A stretch of 64,000 nt of DNA from a bacterium (GTDB lineage Bacteria > Omnitrophota > Gorgyraeia > Duberdicusellales > 4484-171), in the NCBI GenBank assembly GCA_021796115.1, contig JAJYOP010000007.1:10329-74328 (forward strand), read 5' to 3'. Positions 48,971-59,862 of the stretch are shown piece by piece. The notes under the pieces are model-generated. The model saw only the letters and a program-made list of their open reading frames with translations, was not told the origin of the DNA and ran no database searches. Both the position numbers and the translations under genes were made by a program. Numbering within the stretch: position 1 is the first letter of the stretch; each line of letters opens with the position of its first letter.

Positions 48971-49041
48971 ATGTTATCGGAAACTGCAAGCAGATATTAG
49001 GCCATTTTTGAATCTCTAAATAACTTCCCGGCGAATGCCTC

Positions 49042-49160
49042 CTTGCCAAATTTAGCCCTACCCTACATACCTGTAAAACGGGAAAGCTTTCTCCTTGTGA
49101 TATATGAGTGGGATCCATATTTTTGCCTTTGGCAAAAATATGGAACAATTGCGCAATAGA
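49042..49160 (+). ncRNA. Copy 2 of the ~50-nt intergenic family, with internal perfect hairpin
   Basis: cctgtaaaacgggaaagctttctccttgtgatatatgagtgggatcc; 20-codon GTG ORF 49096-49158 (VIYEWDPYFCLWQKYGTIAQ); hairpin ccatatttttgcc tttggcaaaaatatgg 49114-49142. Confidence 0.3.
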
Positions 49161-49574
49161 TAATAAAAGATATGGCAAAGCTCAATCGCGGTCTATTCTT
49201 TATTGCTCGATTGTTCAAACTGCCCTTAGGCGGGTTCAGTTAAAAAAAGACGGTATGGTTTTTTTATTAAAAATAGAACCATACCCTTGATTGTTAAATA
49301 ATAATTAAACATTGCGTTTCCAGATTTGTAATTCCAAATTAATTCTCTGGCTGAAAACTATAAGTTATGTTAATATCACAAATATAAAAAGGAAAAGTAC
49401 TGTATTTATACCGGTTGGCATTCTTATTCCGCCTTTGAAATATAAAACCTTGGTTATGGTAAAATTGGCGTTTGTTTTAGCCTATAACAGCCAGAAAAAT
49501 CAAATTCATAGTTAATTCTTTCTGCTTTGCGTGTTACTCTATCGAAAAGAACTGATTATTATAAGGTAATTAAA

Positions 49575-51308
49575 ATGAATCCCGAACTGACTCCTACCTA
49601 TTATAACCGCAAGACAATCATAGTCGTGCTTTCGTTAGGCTTATTATGTTTTGCAGCTTATGGAACAAGTATCCATAATGGTTTTCTGATGGATGATGCT
49701 AAAGCGGTTCAGCAGAATATTTTAATTAGAAACTTATTATCTTTCCCACAATATTTTCATCAACCATTCATGAAAGGTTATTATAGGCCAATGACTCAGT
49801 TTTCCTTTGCTTTAGATTATCTGATTTGGAAGCTGAATCCTTTAGGGTATCATTTAACTTCCATAGCTATACATTTTTTAAATAGCGTTCTATTATTCAT
49901 CCTGCTGCAAATAATATGGGAAAGATTTGCGCTGTCATCAGTGGTATCGTTTTTATTTGCCGTTCATCCTTTAGGCAGTATAGCTGTCAATTATGTCGCT
50001 GACAGAAGCAACCTTTTAGGCACGTTATTTATGCTAAGCGCATTAATAGCATTCTGTGTGGCCTGGAAAGGATACGACAGGAGATTTTACCTGGTAGGTT
50101 TCTTATTCTTTATTTGCAGTCTCTTAAGCCACGAAAGCGCAATTTTATTTCCATTATATTTATTCTGTACCCTCTCACTGCTATCTAAAAAATCCGATAC
50201 AAAAAAGTTGATAATCCTGACTGGTTTTGCCATTTTTATAAGTTTTGGATATTATCTATTGCATATTCTCTTTTTTAACTTTGGCACAAAAATATTCCCC
50301 GATATTAAATTGCAGGAATATTTTCGAAATCTGCCCGCATTATTTTATTTAATTTTTAAATATCTCTTGCTTGCAATATGGCCCGTCAATATTTGCCTGA
50401 TTCGTTCTCTTGCCCCGATGCCAACTTTCAGCCCACTAGGAATCTTTTATATATTTCTAGGCATCGTTTTTATCTCTCTGGTACTAATCAAATTTCGTAA
50501 AAACCGAGTCATACTTTTTTCTTTGGCATGGTTTCTTATCGGGGTTTTACCGTTATACCGTATGATGTTTGCACGGCCGGAAATGGGGTTGATTATGCAG
50601 GATAACTGGATATATTTTGCTTCTATAGGATTGCTGATTATTTACGGCCAATGCATTTTATTTTTAAGGAAATTTTTTAAAAAATGGTTAATTTTATTAT
50701 TGGCACTTTTGTTTTTTTATATAAATCTAGACCTGTTTAATAATGCGTTATGGAAAAACGGGGAAACGTATTGTTCTTATTGGCTTAAGGTAGTTCCGAA
50801 AAATCCACTCGCTTTTAACGGAATGGGGGTATTTTATACTGATAGGAAAAATTATAAAAAAGCAAAAGAATATTTCTTAAAAGGAGTATTTTGTTGCAGG
50901 AAGATAAATGGTTTAAGTGTGACTAACGAACTAATACCAGGAAGATTATTGGGGGAACTTTTAAATAACCTGGCTATAGTTTCAGATATGGAAGGCAACC
51001 CGGATGAAGCAAGGCGTTATTGCGAGTTGGCAATTATGAGCTACAATAATAACTCCGACGCCTATTTTTTTCTGGGCAACTTATATTTGCGAAAGAATGA
51101 TATAGATAAAGCCATTTTATATTATAAAGAGTCAGTGAAAAAAAATTATTATCGAATGGATGCTCATCGGCAACTAGCGCTACTTTATTCTTTAAAGGGT
51201 AATAAAAAAGAAGCAATTAAGGAAGCTATGGCGGCAATCTCTCTAGATCCAAACTGTTTTAACGTATTTGGCAATACGCAGGGTGTTCGGAATACAAAGG
51301 AAAAATAA
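49575..51308 (+). CDS. TMTC/DUF1736-like GT-C fold glycosyltransferase with C-terminal TPR repeats
   Basis: ~10 TM N-terminal domain with YYRPMTQFSFALDYLIWKLNPLGYHLTS (PMT/TMTC-like loop), C-terminal TPR repeats (AYFFLGNLYLRKNDIDKAILYYKESV...). Confidence 0.65.
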   Translation: MNPELTPTYYNRKTIIVVLSLGLLCFAAYGTSIHNGFLMDDAKAVQQNILIRNLLSFPQYFHQPFMKGYYRPMTQFSFALDYLIWKLNPLGYHLTSIAIHFLNSVLLFILLQIIWERFALSSVVSFLFAVHPLGSIAVNYVADRSNLLGTLFMLSALIAFCVAWKGYDRRFYLVGFLFFICSLLSHESAILFPLYLFCTLSLLSKKSDTKKLIILTGFAIFISFGYYLLHILFFNFGTKIFPDIKLQEYFRNLPALFYLIFKYLLLAIWPVNICLIRSLAPMPTFSPLGIFYIFLGIVFISLVLIKFRKNRVILFSLAWFLIGVLPLYRMMFARPEMGLIMQDNWIYFASIGLLIIYGQCILFLRKFFKKWLILLLALLFFYINLDLFNNALWKNGETYCSYWLKVVPKNPLAFNGMGVFYTDRKNYKKAKEYFLKGVFCCRKINGLSVTNELIPGRLLGELLNNLAIVSDMEGNPDEARRYCELAIMSYNNNSDAYFFLGNLYLRKNDIDKAILYYKESVKKNYYRMDAHRQLALLYSLKGNKKEAIKEAMAAISLDPNCFNVFGNTQGVRNTKEK

Positions 51309-51309
51309 G

Positions 51310-52077
51310 ATGCTGTGTGGTAAAAAAATTGTTGTGGTTATGCCGGCATATAATGCCGAAAAAACGCTGGGAAAGACCTATGACAAAATTCCTAAAAATA
51401 TTGTGGACGAAGTTATAATAGTAGATGATTATAGTACGGATGAAACAGTCAATATAGCGAAAAAGATTGGTTTAGAACCTTATATCCATGAAAAAAACAA
51501 AGGTTATGGTGCGAACCAAAAAACCTGTTATAAACTAGCAATCAAGCACAATGCTGACATTGTGATAATGCTTCACCCTGATTATCAATATCCCCCCGCA
51601 TTAATTACTGCAATGGCTAGCTTATTATGTTCCGATATGTTCGATATAGTCCTGGGGTCGCGTATACTGGGAGGATATGCTCTTAAAGGAGGTATGCCGT
51701 TGTACAAGTATATTTCTAACAGGTTACTTACTTTTGTAGAGAATTTAATTCTTGGAATAAAACTATCCGAATATCATACAGGTTACAGAGCATTCACAAG
51801 AAAAGTGCTTCTGGAGATGCCGTTGCTGAATAATTCCGATGATTTCATTTTTGATAACGAAATCATTGTTCAGGCTGTTTATTTTGGTTACAAAATAGGC
51901 GAAATAACAGCCCCATCTTCTTATGGGGAAGATTCTTCCAGCATAAATTTGTGGAGGAGTATTGTTTATGGTTTAGGCGTGTTGTTAACGACGTTAAAAT
52001 TTTTATTACAAAGTTTGAAAATCGCAAATTTTTCAATATTTGATCCAAAAGGCAAAAAGCTTTTGGTGGAAGATTGA
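51310..52077 (+). CDS. GT2 polyprenyl-phosphate glycosyltransferase (Dpm1/Ppm1-like)
   Basis: VVMPAYNAEKTL...IIVDDYSTDETVNIA...DADIVIMLHPD (DXD) ... C-terminal TM; ATG 51310 directly after upstream stop. Confidence 0.75.
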   Translation: MLCGKKIVVVMPAYNAEKTLGKTYDKIPKNIVDEVIIVDDYSTDETVNIAKKIGLEPYIHEKNKGYGANQKTCYKLAIKHNADIVIMLHPDYQYPPALITAMASLLCSDMFDIVLGSRILGGYALKGGMPLYKYISNRLLTFVENLILGIKLSEYHTGYRAFTRKVLLEMPLLNNSDDFIFDNEIIVQAVYFGYKIGEITAPSSYGEDSSSINLWRSIVYGLGVLLTTLKFLLQSLKIANFSIFDPKGKKLLVED

Positions 52078-52531
52078 TTTAATCCTCGCTAGATACCCCA
52101 GTCTTTAGAGTAGGGATGCTTCGCTTTGGCAGAAAGATAAATTTCAGATATCAAAAATACGAGCCTTCGCCGGCCAATATACGGCCAGTGAGGGCTTTAT
52201 TTTTGATAAAGATTCGTTAATAAGAGAATAATAATTTAAATCCCTTGCATCTCTGCAAGCTCCGGCGTTCTGTCTCTTTCCGCAAGGGGTTAAAGACGAT
52301 AAGCTGGCCCTTGACAAGATTCAGCGTTATTTTTATGCTGTAAGAAAAAGGAATGTTTTATCGGACAGGATTACCTTTGTTCAGAAAAAACTTTATTGCT
52401 TTTTTCATGGATTCGAAAAAGATGATTAGCACTAAGACCAGCATGACAATGGTAAGGATGGCGTTTAAATTTCCCTGGAAAGTGTGTTTAGGCAGGTAAT
52501 TATTTTATGTTATCAAGGCCAGCCACAAATT

Positions 52532-52735
52532 CTGAACATTCCCCGGAATTTAAGGGTATCTTTGCATAACTCTATGTAAAACAAGCGATAACGAAGATAA
52601 AAATCTATGATTCTTCAGGGGGCGGAGGCAAACGGATTTTAGCGGATGCAGACGGATAAAAAACCTATAATTATCCGTATACATCCACAATCATCCGTGA
52701 CATCCGTCATTAAAAATAAAAAAATGGGGAAGCTC
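52532..52735 (+). repeat. 204-bp dispersed repeat, copy B
   Basis: Near-identical to 46626-46829; runs in frame into the malic enzyme ORF (no stop). Confidence 0.85.
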
Positions 52736-52828
52736 CAATCACAAATTTTCTTGAAAATTACCACAGTTAGTCCTATAATAACCTCCTTATACGCCTGGAG
52801 ATTTTGTCAAATATTAAAAGGAAGTGCA

Positions 52829-54202
52829 ATGACAGGAGTAGAGAAGTATTCGCACAAAATTGTAAGAAAAATAAGATTTAGAATACCGGATATTCCCGGA
52901 GCCCTTGGCACACTTGCACTTGAGCTGGGATTAGAAGACGTAACTTTAGGTGACATAACAAAAATCCAGCTTACCTCTAATTATATCGTAAGAGACATTA
53001 CGGCCTTCTTTGATGACGAAAGTCATTTCAGCAGGGCCATTGCTGCCGTAAAGAAACTCAAAGGTTATAAGATATTGCAGATACAAGATGAAGTTTTGAA
53101 TTTGCATAAAGGCGGAAAAATTGAGGTGAAGCCCAGGGTTAAGGTCGACACGCTTACGGATTTGCGCATGATTTATACTCCTGGCGTTGCCCAGGTTTGT
53201 AATTATATCGTTGCCAATCCCGGTGCGGCAAAAAAATATACTTCGATAGGTAATACTGTTTGTATCGCAACCAATGGCTCAGCGGTTCTCGGGTTGGGCG
53301 ATATTGGCGTTTTGGCGGCAATGCCGGTGATGGAAGGAAAGTCTATCATTTTGAATAAAATGGCCAATGTAAGTTGCGTTCCGTTGCTTACAAAAAGCGA
53401 TGATGCCGATACAATCGTCAATACGCTTAGTTGTGTAGCAGAAACATTTGGCGCAATCATGATAGAGGACATTAAAGCGCCGCTTTGTTTTGAGGTCGAG
53501 AAAAAATTACAGGAAAAAGTAAAAATTCCCGTATTCCACGATGATCAACATGGAACAGCAACAGTTATATTGGCGGCTTTAATAAAAGCTCTCGGCATTA
53601 CTAGGAAAAGAAAAGAAAAAGTAAATATCGTTATAAACGGGGCCGGTGCCGCCGGGATCGCCACGACAAAACTGCTTTTAGGATACGGTTTTAAGAATAT
53701 AACTCTTTGTGATAGGTCCGGGGCAATTTATCAGACAAGAACCGATGGCATGAACGAATATAAAAAAGAAATAGCAAAACTTACCAATAAACGCAAAGAG
53801 CAAGGAAGCCTTGAGAATGTCATAAAAGGCAAGGATATATTTATCGGTTTATCAGGCCCAGGGCTGGTTACGAAAGGTATGGTAAGAAACATGAACAAGC
53901 CACCGGTTGTCTTTGCTTTGGCTAATCCCATACCGGAAATCTGGCCAAAAGACGCTGGAGAGGCCGGTGCGGCCATAGCTTTAGATGGCAGGACGATAAA
54001 TAATGCGCTTGTTTTTCCAGGGCTTATCCGCGGGACACTTGACGCAAATGCTTCTGCAATAACCGAGAAGATGAAATTTTCTGCCGCCGAAATGATAGCA
54101 TCGCTGGCCGGCAAAAACGAAATCGTGCCTAACTTTATGAACACGGCTGTGCACAAAAATGTGGCTCGGGCTGTATTCTTCTCTGCCGGTAAATCTAAAT
54201 AG
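52829..54202 (+). CDS. maeB: NAD(P)-dependent malic enzyme with N-terminal ACT-like domain
   Basis: SD aaaggaag then ATG 52829; ACT-like N-terminus (RIPDIPGALGTLALELG), malic enzyme core (YTPGVAQVC, GLGDIG, FHDDQHGTA, NGAGAAGIA). Confidence 0.8.
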   Translation: MTGVEKYSHKIVRKIRFRIPDIPGALGTLALELGLEDVTLGDITKIQLTSNYIVRDITAFFDDESHFSRAIAAVKKLKGYKILQIQDEVLNLHKGGKIEVKPRVKVDTLTDLRMIYTPGVAQVCNYIVANPGAAKKYTSIGNTVCIATNGSAVLGLGDIGVLAAMPVMEGKSIILNKMANVSCVPLLTKSDDADTIVNTLSCVAETFGAIMIEDIKAPLCFEVEKKLQEKVKIPVFHDDQHGTATVILAALIKALGITRKRKEKVNIVINGAGAAGIATTKLLLGYGFKNITLCDRSGAIYQTRTDGMNEYKKEIAKLTNKRKEQGSLENVIKGKDIFIGLSGPGLVTKGMVRNMNKPPVVFALANPIPEIWPKDAGEAGAAIALDGRTINNALVFPGLIRGTLDANASAITEKMKFSAAEMIASLAGKNEIVPNFMNTAVHKNVARAVFFSAGKSK

Positions 54203-54224
54203 CGATGATTTACTTTTCTAAGGA

Positions 54225-56006
54225 ATGAAAAAGTTAAAAATAATACTTTCATTTCTTTTTATCTTATTTTCCGTATTTACTGCATTTTTACCATGTTTAA
54301 ATAATGGGTTCGTTAACTGGGACGATCCAGATCATGTTACCGGTGAATCGGCTGTTCATGTTTTATCGTCGCCGAACTTAAAAGAAATTTTCACCTCCTT
54401 TTCTTCAGGCGAATATCAACCCATAACCACCTTATCTTTTTTATTGGATTATCATGTCTGGAAACTAAATGCATTTGGCTACCATTTGACAAGTTTAATC
54501 TTGCATGCAGTAAATTGCTTGCTTATATTTTGGCTGATTTTTATCCTGACAAAGGATATTTTTGCCTCGTTAATTACTGCCTTATTATTTGGCATCCATC
54601 CATTACAGGTAGAGGCGATTGGCTGGATTACCCAGAGGAAAACCGAAGTTTATGCGCTTTTTTTCCTAGGGTCTATAATAGCCTATCTTTATTATCTTAA
54701 AAATAATTCTGCTGGGAAATTTTACTTTTTTTCGCTGATTTTATTTATTCTTTCGCTTTTGTCAAAACCAATGGCTGTGACTTTGCCTATAGTTCTCCTT
54801 ATGGTGGATTATTTTGAGGGTAGAAAAATAAGTAAAATTGTTTTTATTGAAAAAATTCCTTTCTTTATTTTATCATTAATTTTTGCAATAATCGCCATCT
54901 ATGGGCATAGCCTTGCACGCTTCATTCGGCATGTGGACGCACCTAGTTTATTTTCCAATATAATGATTGCTTCGGGTTCAATTATCTTTTATCTGCAAAA
55001 ACTGTTTTTTCCTGTTAAGCTTTCTGTTTTATATCCCTATCACGGATTAGAAAATACCGGCTTACCACTGTTTTTATATTCGTTATTTGCTCTGTTTATC
55101 CTGATAATGGTTATTATTTTTTCAGGCCGCTGCACAAAAAAGATTATTTTTGGAAGCAGCTTTTTTTTGATTACGCTCTTGCCAGTCCTCCAATTTGTGC
55201 CTATCGGAGTAGCCATAGTAAATGATCACTATGCCTATATTTCATCCATAGGCATATTTTTTATTATAAGTGAAGGAATTGTCTGGCTGTTTTCTAAAAG
55301 GTTAAAAGGCCATAGCCTAGCCAGGTTAATACTTCTATCGATTATAACCGCCCTAATCTTTGTTTTATTTTCGTTAACAGGGCAGAGATGCAAAGTATGG
55401 AAAAACAGTACAACTTTATGGAACGATGTTTTGAGTAATTATCCCAATGCTGACATTGCATATAATAACAGGGGCGCAGAATTTTTGCTGCATAAACAAT
55501 ACGGCATGGCATATGAAGATTTTGTCAAAGCTTTAAGCATCAACCCTGATTGCCTGCCTGCTTTTATTAATCTTGCCAGGGTTTATGATTACTCCGGAAA
55601 GTATAAAGAGGCGATAGAATACTGTAGCAAGGCATTGGAGATTGACCCGGCATCTTTAGAGGCATATGAATTACTGAGAGCTTTGTATGATAAAACCGGA
55701 AATTATGCTAAAGCGATAAATATTGATAAGGAAATAATTAAAAAGTATCCGAATTACGCATTGGGATATTGTAATCTTTGCAGCGCTTATGGTACGGCGG
55801 GCAATTTAAAGGAAGCAATAGCAATGTGCAAAAAGTCTTTGGAAATTAATCCAGATTTAGCTTTGGCGCACATGAAGCTGTCAGTGGCTTATTTTTACAC
55901 AAAAGAATATGCCAAGTCCATTGAAGAATGCAGGAAGGCAATGGAGTTAGGATATAATCCTCCCAAAGAATTTTTAGAATCACTCAAACAGGAATCTCCG
56001 AAATGA
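54225..56006 (+). CDS. Second TMTC/DUF1736-like GT-C glycosyltransferase with C-terminal TPR repeats (paralog of 49575..51308)
   Basis: YQPITTLSFLLDYHVWKLNAFGYHLTS, multi-TM, TPR block (AYNNRGAEFLL...AIEYCSKALEIDP...). Confidence 0.65.
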   Translation: MKKLKIILSFLFILFSVFTAFLPCLNNGFVNWDDPDHVTGESAVHVLSSPNLKEIFTSFSSGEYQPITTLSFLLDYHVWKLNAFGYHLTSLILHAVNCLLIFWLIFILTKDIFASLITALLFGIHPLQVEAIGWITQRKTEVYALFFLGSIIAYLYYLKNNSAGKFYFFSLILFILSLLSKPMAVTLPIVLLMVDYFEGRKISKIVFIEKIPFFILSLIFAIIAIYGHSLARFIRHVDAPSLFSNIMIASGSIIFYLQKLFFPVKLSVLYPYHGLENTGLPLFLYSLFALFILIMVIIFSGRCTKKIIFGSSFFLITLLPVLQFVPIGVAIVNDHYAYISSIGIFFIISEGIVWLFSKRLKGHSLARLILLSIITALIFVLFSLTGQRCKVWKNSTTLWNDVLSNYPNADIAYNNRGAEFLLHKQYGMAYEDFVKALSINPDCLPAFINLARVYDYSGKYKEAIEYCSKALEIDPASLEAYELLRALYDKTGNYAKAINIDKEIIKKYPNYALGYCNLCSAYGTAGNLKEAIAMCKKSLEINPDLALAHMKLSVAYFYTKEYAKSIEECRKAMELGYNPPKEFLESLKQESPK

Positions 56007-56343
56007 ATTTTTAATCCCTCAAAAGGTATCTAAGAAGGGCTATCCCTTCCGGAATGGCCAGAGCGATTTCTGCGAGGGATTAAATTCGGGAAAATTCTTA
56101 ATGCACAACAAATTCGCCTTAAAAATAACCCTATGTTGCTTTATAATATCCGTCAAGAAATAGATAGCCAGTTCCAGCAGCAGAAAAAAGTCAAAAAAAA
56201 CACGATACACGCCATTCACAAATTGCTGGATAAAATTATATTCATTTCGAAGTATGAAGAAAATCCTTCTTGCTTACTTACTTCGGCATCTTTTTTATTT
56301 CTTGAAAAATATTAAAGAGCATTAATCAAAACTTAGAGGTATA

Positions 56344-56694
56344 ATGATAAAAATAAAAAGAGTTTACGAAACGCCAGCTAAGGATGACGGTTTTCGGGTG
56401 TTAGTTGACCGGTTATGGCCGCGGGGAATTTCTAAAGAAAAAGCAAAAATCGACCTCTGGCTTAAAGAGATAGCACCCAGCGAAGAGCTGCGCAAATGGT
56501 TTAGCCATGATTTAAAAAAATGTGCGGCATTCAAGAAGAAATATTTTACGGAATTAAAATCCAACGAAACAGCTGTTTTGAAAATTTTGGCGCAGGCTAA
56601 AAGTAAAACAACCACTTTACTTTATGCCGCAAAGGAAGAAGGTTGCAATAACGCAACTGTTTTAAAAGAATTTCTTGAAAAGAATGGAAAATAA
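56344..56694 (+). CDS. DUF488-family protein
   Basis: [53 protein letters not shown]. Confidence 0.6.
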   Translation: MIKIKRVYETPAKDDGFRVLVDRLWPRGISKEKAKIDLWLKEIAPSEELRKWFSHDLKKCAAFKKKYFTELKSNETAVLKILAQAKSKTTTLLYAAKEEGCNNATVLKEFLEKNGK

Positions 56695-56696
56695 TT

Positions 56697-57950
56697 ATGA
56701 AGAACGTAGTAATCTTGGGCAGCGGTTTTGCCGGAGTAAATGCCGCAAAAGCATTGTGCCGGGATAAAAATTTACAGATTGCCATTATTGATGAAAGGAA
56801 CTATCATCTTTTCCAGCCCTTGCTTTATCAAGTTGCCATAGGCGCGCTTAGCGGCTCCGATATAGCTGTGCCGATACGCACAATATTTTCCAAATTTCCC
56901 AATGTCAGGGTAGTAAAAGAAAGAGCCAAATCTGTCGATTTAAAAAAGAAAAAAGTAGTTACCGACATACAAGAGCTTAGCTATGATTATCTTATAATGT
57001 CTTGCGGCGCAAAACATTCATACTTCGGTCATTATGAATGGGAAGAGTTTGCCCCGGGATTAAAAACTTTGGAGCAGGCACTTGAGATACGTAACCGGAT
57101 ACTTGAAGCATTTGAAGAAGCAGAAAGACAGTGCGACAACAAGTGCATAAACCAATTGCTTACCTTTGCGATTGTCGGAGGAGGGCCTACCGGCGTTGAA
57201 CTGGCCGGAGCGATTGCCGAAATGGGGCAGCTTATTTTAAAAGGGGATTTCCGCAATATCGATCCTAAAAAAGTCTGTGTTGTTCTAATCGAAGCCGGGC
57301 CGCGCCTTCTTACAGGTTTTTGCGAAAAAATGTCAATAAGGGCAAAAAAAGATTTAGAAGGTATGGGGGTGGAGGTAAAGCTTAACGCACAGGTTACCAA
57401 TATTGATAAAAACGGCGTAACCATCGGTAAGGAAAGGATAGAGGCGGCTACTGTGCTTTGGGCAGCAGGTGTGGATGCCGCAGCGATAAATAAAACTCTT
57501 GAGCTTGAGCTTGACAGGTCCGGCAGGGTTACGGTTGGCCCTGATTTAAGCATAAAAAATTATCCGGAGGTTTTTGTCATCGGAGACCAGGCGAATTGCC
57601 CAGGTAAAAATGGCAAGTCTTTGCCCGGCGTGGCTACTGTGGCTTTGCAGCAAGGGACTTTGGCCGGAAAAAATATTTTAAGAGATATAAAAGGATTACC
57701 CAGAAAAAATTTTAAGTTTTTTGACAAAGGAAGCGCAGCTACGATTGGCAGAAGCAAAGCCATTGTGGAAGTGGGGCCTTTTAAATTTGGCGGTTTGCTT
57801 GCCTGGATTATCTGGCTTTTTATCCATCTTTGGTTTCTTACAGGATTCGAAAACCGCGTGGTCGTATTATTCAGATGGGCGTGGGTATATCTTCGGCATC
57901 GCCACGGCGCCAGGATTATTATGTCACGGCAGTGGCGTTTCTATGGGTGA
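56697..57950 (+). CDS. ndh: Type II NADH dehydrogenase (NDH-2)
   Basis: Two Rossmann GxGxxG (VVILGSGFAGV, AIVGGGPTGVE), C-terminal membrane-anchoring helices. Confidence 0.8.
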   Translation: MKNVVILGSGFAGVNAAKALCRDKNLQIAIIDERNYHLFQPLLYQVAIGALSGSDIAVPIRTIFSKFPNVRVVKERAKSVDLKKKKVVTDIQELSYDYLIMSCGAKHSYFGHYEWEEFAPGLKTLEQALEIRNRILEAFEEAERQCDNKCINQLLTFAIVGGGPTGVELAGAIAEMGQLILKGDFRNIDPKKVCVVLIEAGPRLLTGFCEKMSIRAKKDLEGMGVEVKLNAQVTNIDKNGVTIGKERIEAATVLWAAGVDAAAINKTLELELDRSGRVTVGPDLSIKNYPEVFVIGDQANCPGKNGKSLPGVATVALQQGTLAGKNILRDIKGLPRKNFKFFDKGSAATIGRSKAIVEVGPFKFGGLLAWIIWLFIHLWFLTGFENRVVVLFRWAWVYLRHRHGARIIMSRQWRFYG

Positions 57951-57980
57951 AGTAAAAAAGCTATGCGATAATGGCATGGC

Positions 57981-58634
57981 TTGGCTTTTGCAAGGAGAAA
58001 AATGGGATTGATTTCACTTTTGTTCAGCAATCCGGCGGAGTTCTTAATTCTTGCGATTATACTGCTTTACTCCGTTATTTTACATGAAGTAGCACACGGT
58101 TTTGTGGCGCATCTTTTTGGCGACAATACCGCTCTGTATCACGGAAGGCTTACGCTTAATCCCGCGTCTCATCTTGACCCCCTAGGCACGATTATGCTTT
58201 TTATCGTGGGTTTTGGCTGGGCCAGGCCGGTACCGGTAAATTATTCAAGTTTTTCAAGCCGGCGTTTCGGATTGTTCTCCGTGGCTCTTGCCGGTTGCGC
58301 AACGAATATACTCATTGCGATAATCGCTTTATTCTTATTGCAATTTAATTTCATTAATGCTAATGTAGCACTATCTGCCATATTACTTATCGTTGCCAGG
58401 ATAAATATTATTCTCGGCGCTTTCAACTTAATTCCCATACCTCCGCTTGACGGCTCAAAAATCCTGATGAGTTTTCTTTCTTACCGCGCGCAGGAAAGCC
58501 TGTCAATGCTTGAACCTTACGGATTTTTCATTCTTGCCATCCTTCTTTTTACCGGCCTGCTCAACCCGGCAATAGTTTTTATGCAGAATTTGATTTATGC
58601 CGGGATTGCTATCTTGTTTGGATTATTTAAATAA
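57981..58634 (+). CDS. M50-family site-2 protease-like membrane metalloprotease
   Basis: HEVAHGFVAH (HExxH in TM helix), NLIPIPPLDGSKIL (LDG motif). Confidence 0.75.
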   Translation: MAFARRKMGLISLLFSNPAEFLILAIILLYSVILHEVAHGFVAHLFGDNTALYHGRLTLNPASHLDPLGTIMLFIVGFGWARPVPVNYSSFSSRRFGLFSVALAGCATNILIAIIALFLLQFNFINANVALSAILLIVARINIILGAFNLIPIPPLDGSKILMSFLSYRAQESLSMLEPYGFFILAILLFTGLLNPAIVFMQNLIYAGIAILFGLFK

Positions 58635-58732
58635 TTACGTTTTAACGACAAAATCATTTTTGTAAGATTTTTCCACTTTAAGGAAAAAGTAGTATAATTT
58701 TATTTATTGGCCTATATTGTTTAGAGCAAACA

Positions 58733-59836
58733 ATGAGAAAATTTATTTTTATTCTACTGGCTTTTATTTTATTTTTCATTTCTCCCACGACTCTTCTACC
58801 TTCAGCGGAAAAAAGTAATCCATCTTTGCATGTCGCAAGTTTCTGGAACAAAGTTAATAATACAATCGTGCAATGCGGATTATGCCCCCGCAGATGTGTT
58901 CTTGCTAATGGCCAGAGAGGATTTTGCACCGCGCGTATAAATAAAGGCGGCACACTTTATACCCTGGCGTATAACAATCCGGTAACTCTACAGGTTGACC
59001 CTATCGAAAAAAAACCATTTTTCCATGTAATGCCCGGCGAAAGCGCTTTTTCGCTTGCTGTTGCCGGATGCAACATGCGCTGTCTCTTTTGCCAGAACTG
59101 GCAGATATCCCAATCCCTGCCGGATGAAACAAGCAATTATAATTTAACCCCCAAAGAAGTGGTAAATCTTGCCATAAAAAGTAAATCCAAATTCATCGCC
59201 TATACCTATACCGAACCGACAATCTTTTATGAGTATATGTTGGACATAGCAAAAATAGCCAGGCAAAAAGGTTTGCGTAACGTTATGCATACCTGCGGCT
59301 ATATCAATCGCGAGCCGCTGGTTAAGCTCCTTAAATATATGGATGCGGTGAATGTAGATTTGAAAAGTTTTGACAGTGCTTTTTATCATAAAATGGGCAC
59401 GATGGCAGAATTGCAGCCGGTGCTTGATACTTTAAAAACTATAAAAGCCGAAGGCGTATGGCTTGAAGTAACTAATTTGCTTATCCCCGGAGAAAATGAT
59501 AGCCCTGAACAGATTCGTAAAATGTGCGCCTGGATAAAAGAAAATCTTGGCGACGAGGTGCCGTTACATTTCAGTCGTTTTAGGCCGGCTTTCAGGCTTG
59601 CCAATCTTCCGCCGACACCGGTTGAGAAAATGGAAGAAGCATATAAAATTGCAAAAGAGGCAGGATTGAAATATGTTTACCTAGGGAACCTTCCCGGCGC
59701 TGCAGAGGAAAGTACTTACTGCCCCAAATGCAACAAATTGTTAATTTCGCGTTCAGGATATATTATAAATGAAATCAATATCAAGGACGGCCGCTGCAAA
59801 TTCTGCGGTTACAAGATAGCCGGTATTTGGAAATGA
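58733..59836 (+). CDS. AmmeMemoRadiSam-system-type radical SAM enzyme
   Basis: CGLCPRRC N-terminal cluster, CNMRCLFCQNW (CX3CX2C) radical SAM cluster, C-terminal CPKCN...CKFCG. Confidence 0.7.
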   Translation: MRKFIFILLAFILFFISPTTLLPSAEKSNPSLHVASFWNKVNNTIVQCGLCPRRCVLANGQRGFCTARINKGGTLYTLAYNNPVTLQVDPIEKKPFFHVMPGESAFSLAVAGCNMRCLFCQNWQISQSLPDETSNYNLTPKEVVNLAIKSKSKFIAYTYTEPTIFYEYMLDIAKIARQKGLRNVMHTCGYINREPLVKLLKYMDAVNVDLKSFDSAFYHKMGTMAELQPVLDTLKTIKAEGVWLEVTNLLIPGENDSPEQIRKMCAWIKENLGDEVPLHFSRFRPAFRLANLPPTPVEKMEEAYKIAKEAGLKYVYLGNLPGAAEESTYCPKCNKLLISRSGYIINEINIKDGRCKFCGYKIAGIWK

Positions 59837-59862
59837 TTGCGCTAATGCGGTATTTAATCTTA

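Noticed and set aside
52646-54202. 518-aa ORF in the six-frame track starting inside repeat copy B (MQTDKKPIIIRIHPQ...)
   Set aside because: The N-terminal 61 codons are just the 204-bp repeat read in frame. Malic-enzyme homology and a good SD (aaaggaag) begin at ATG 52829, so the gene is called 52829..54202.
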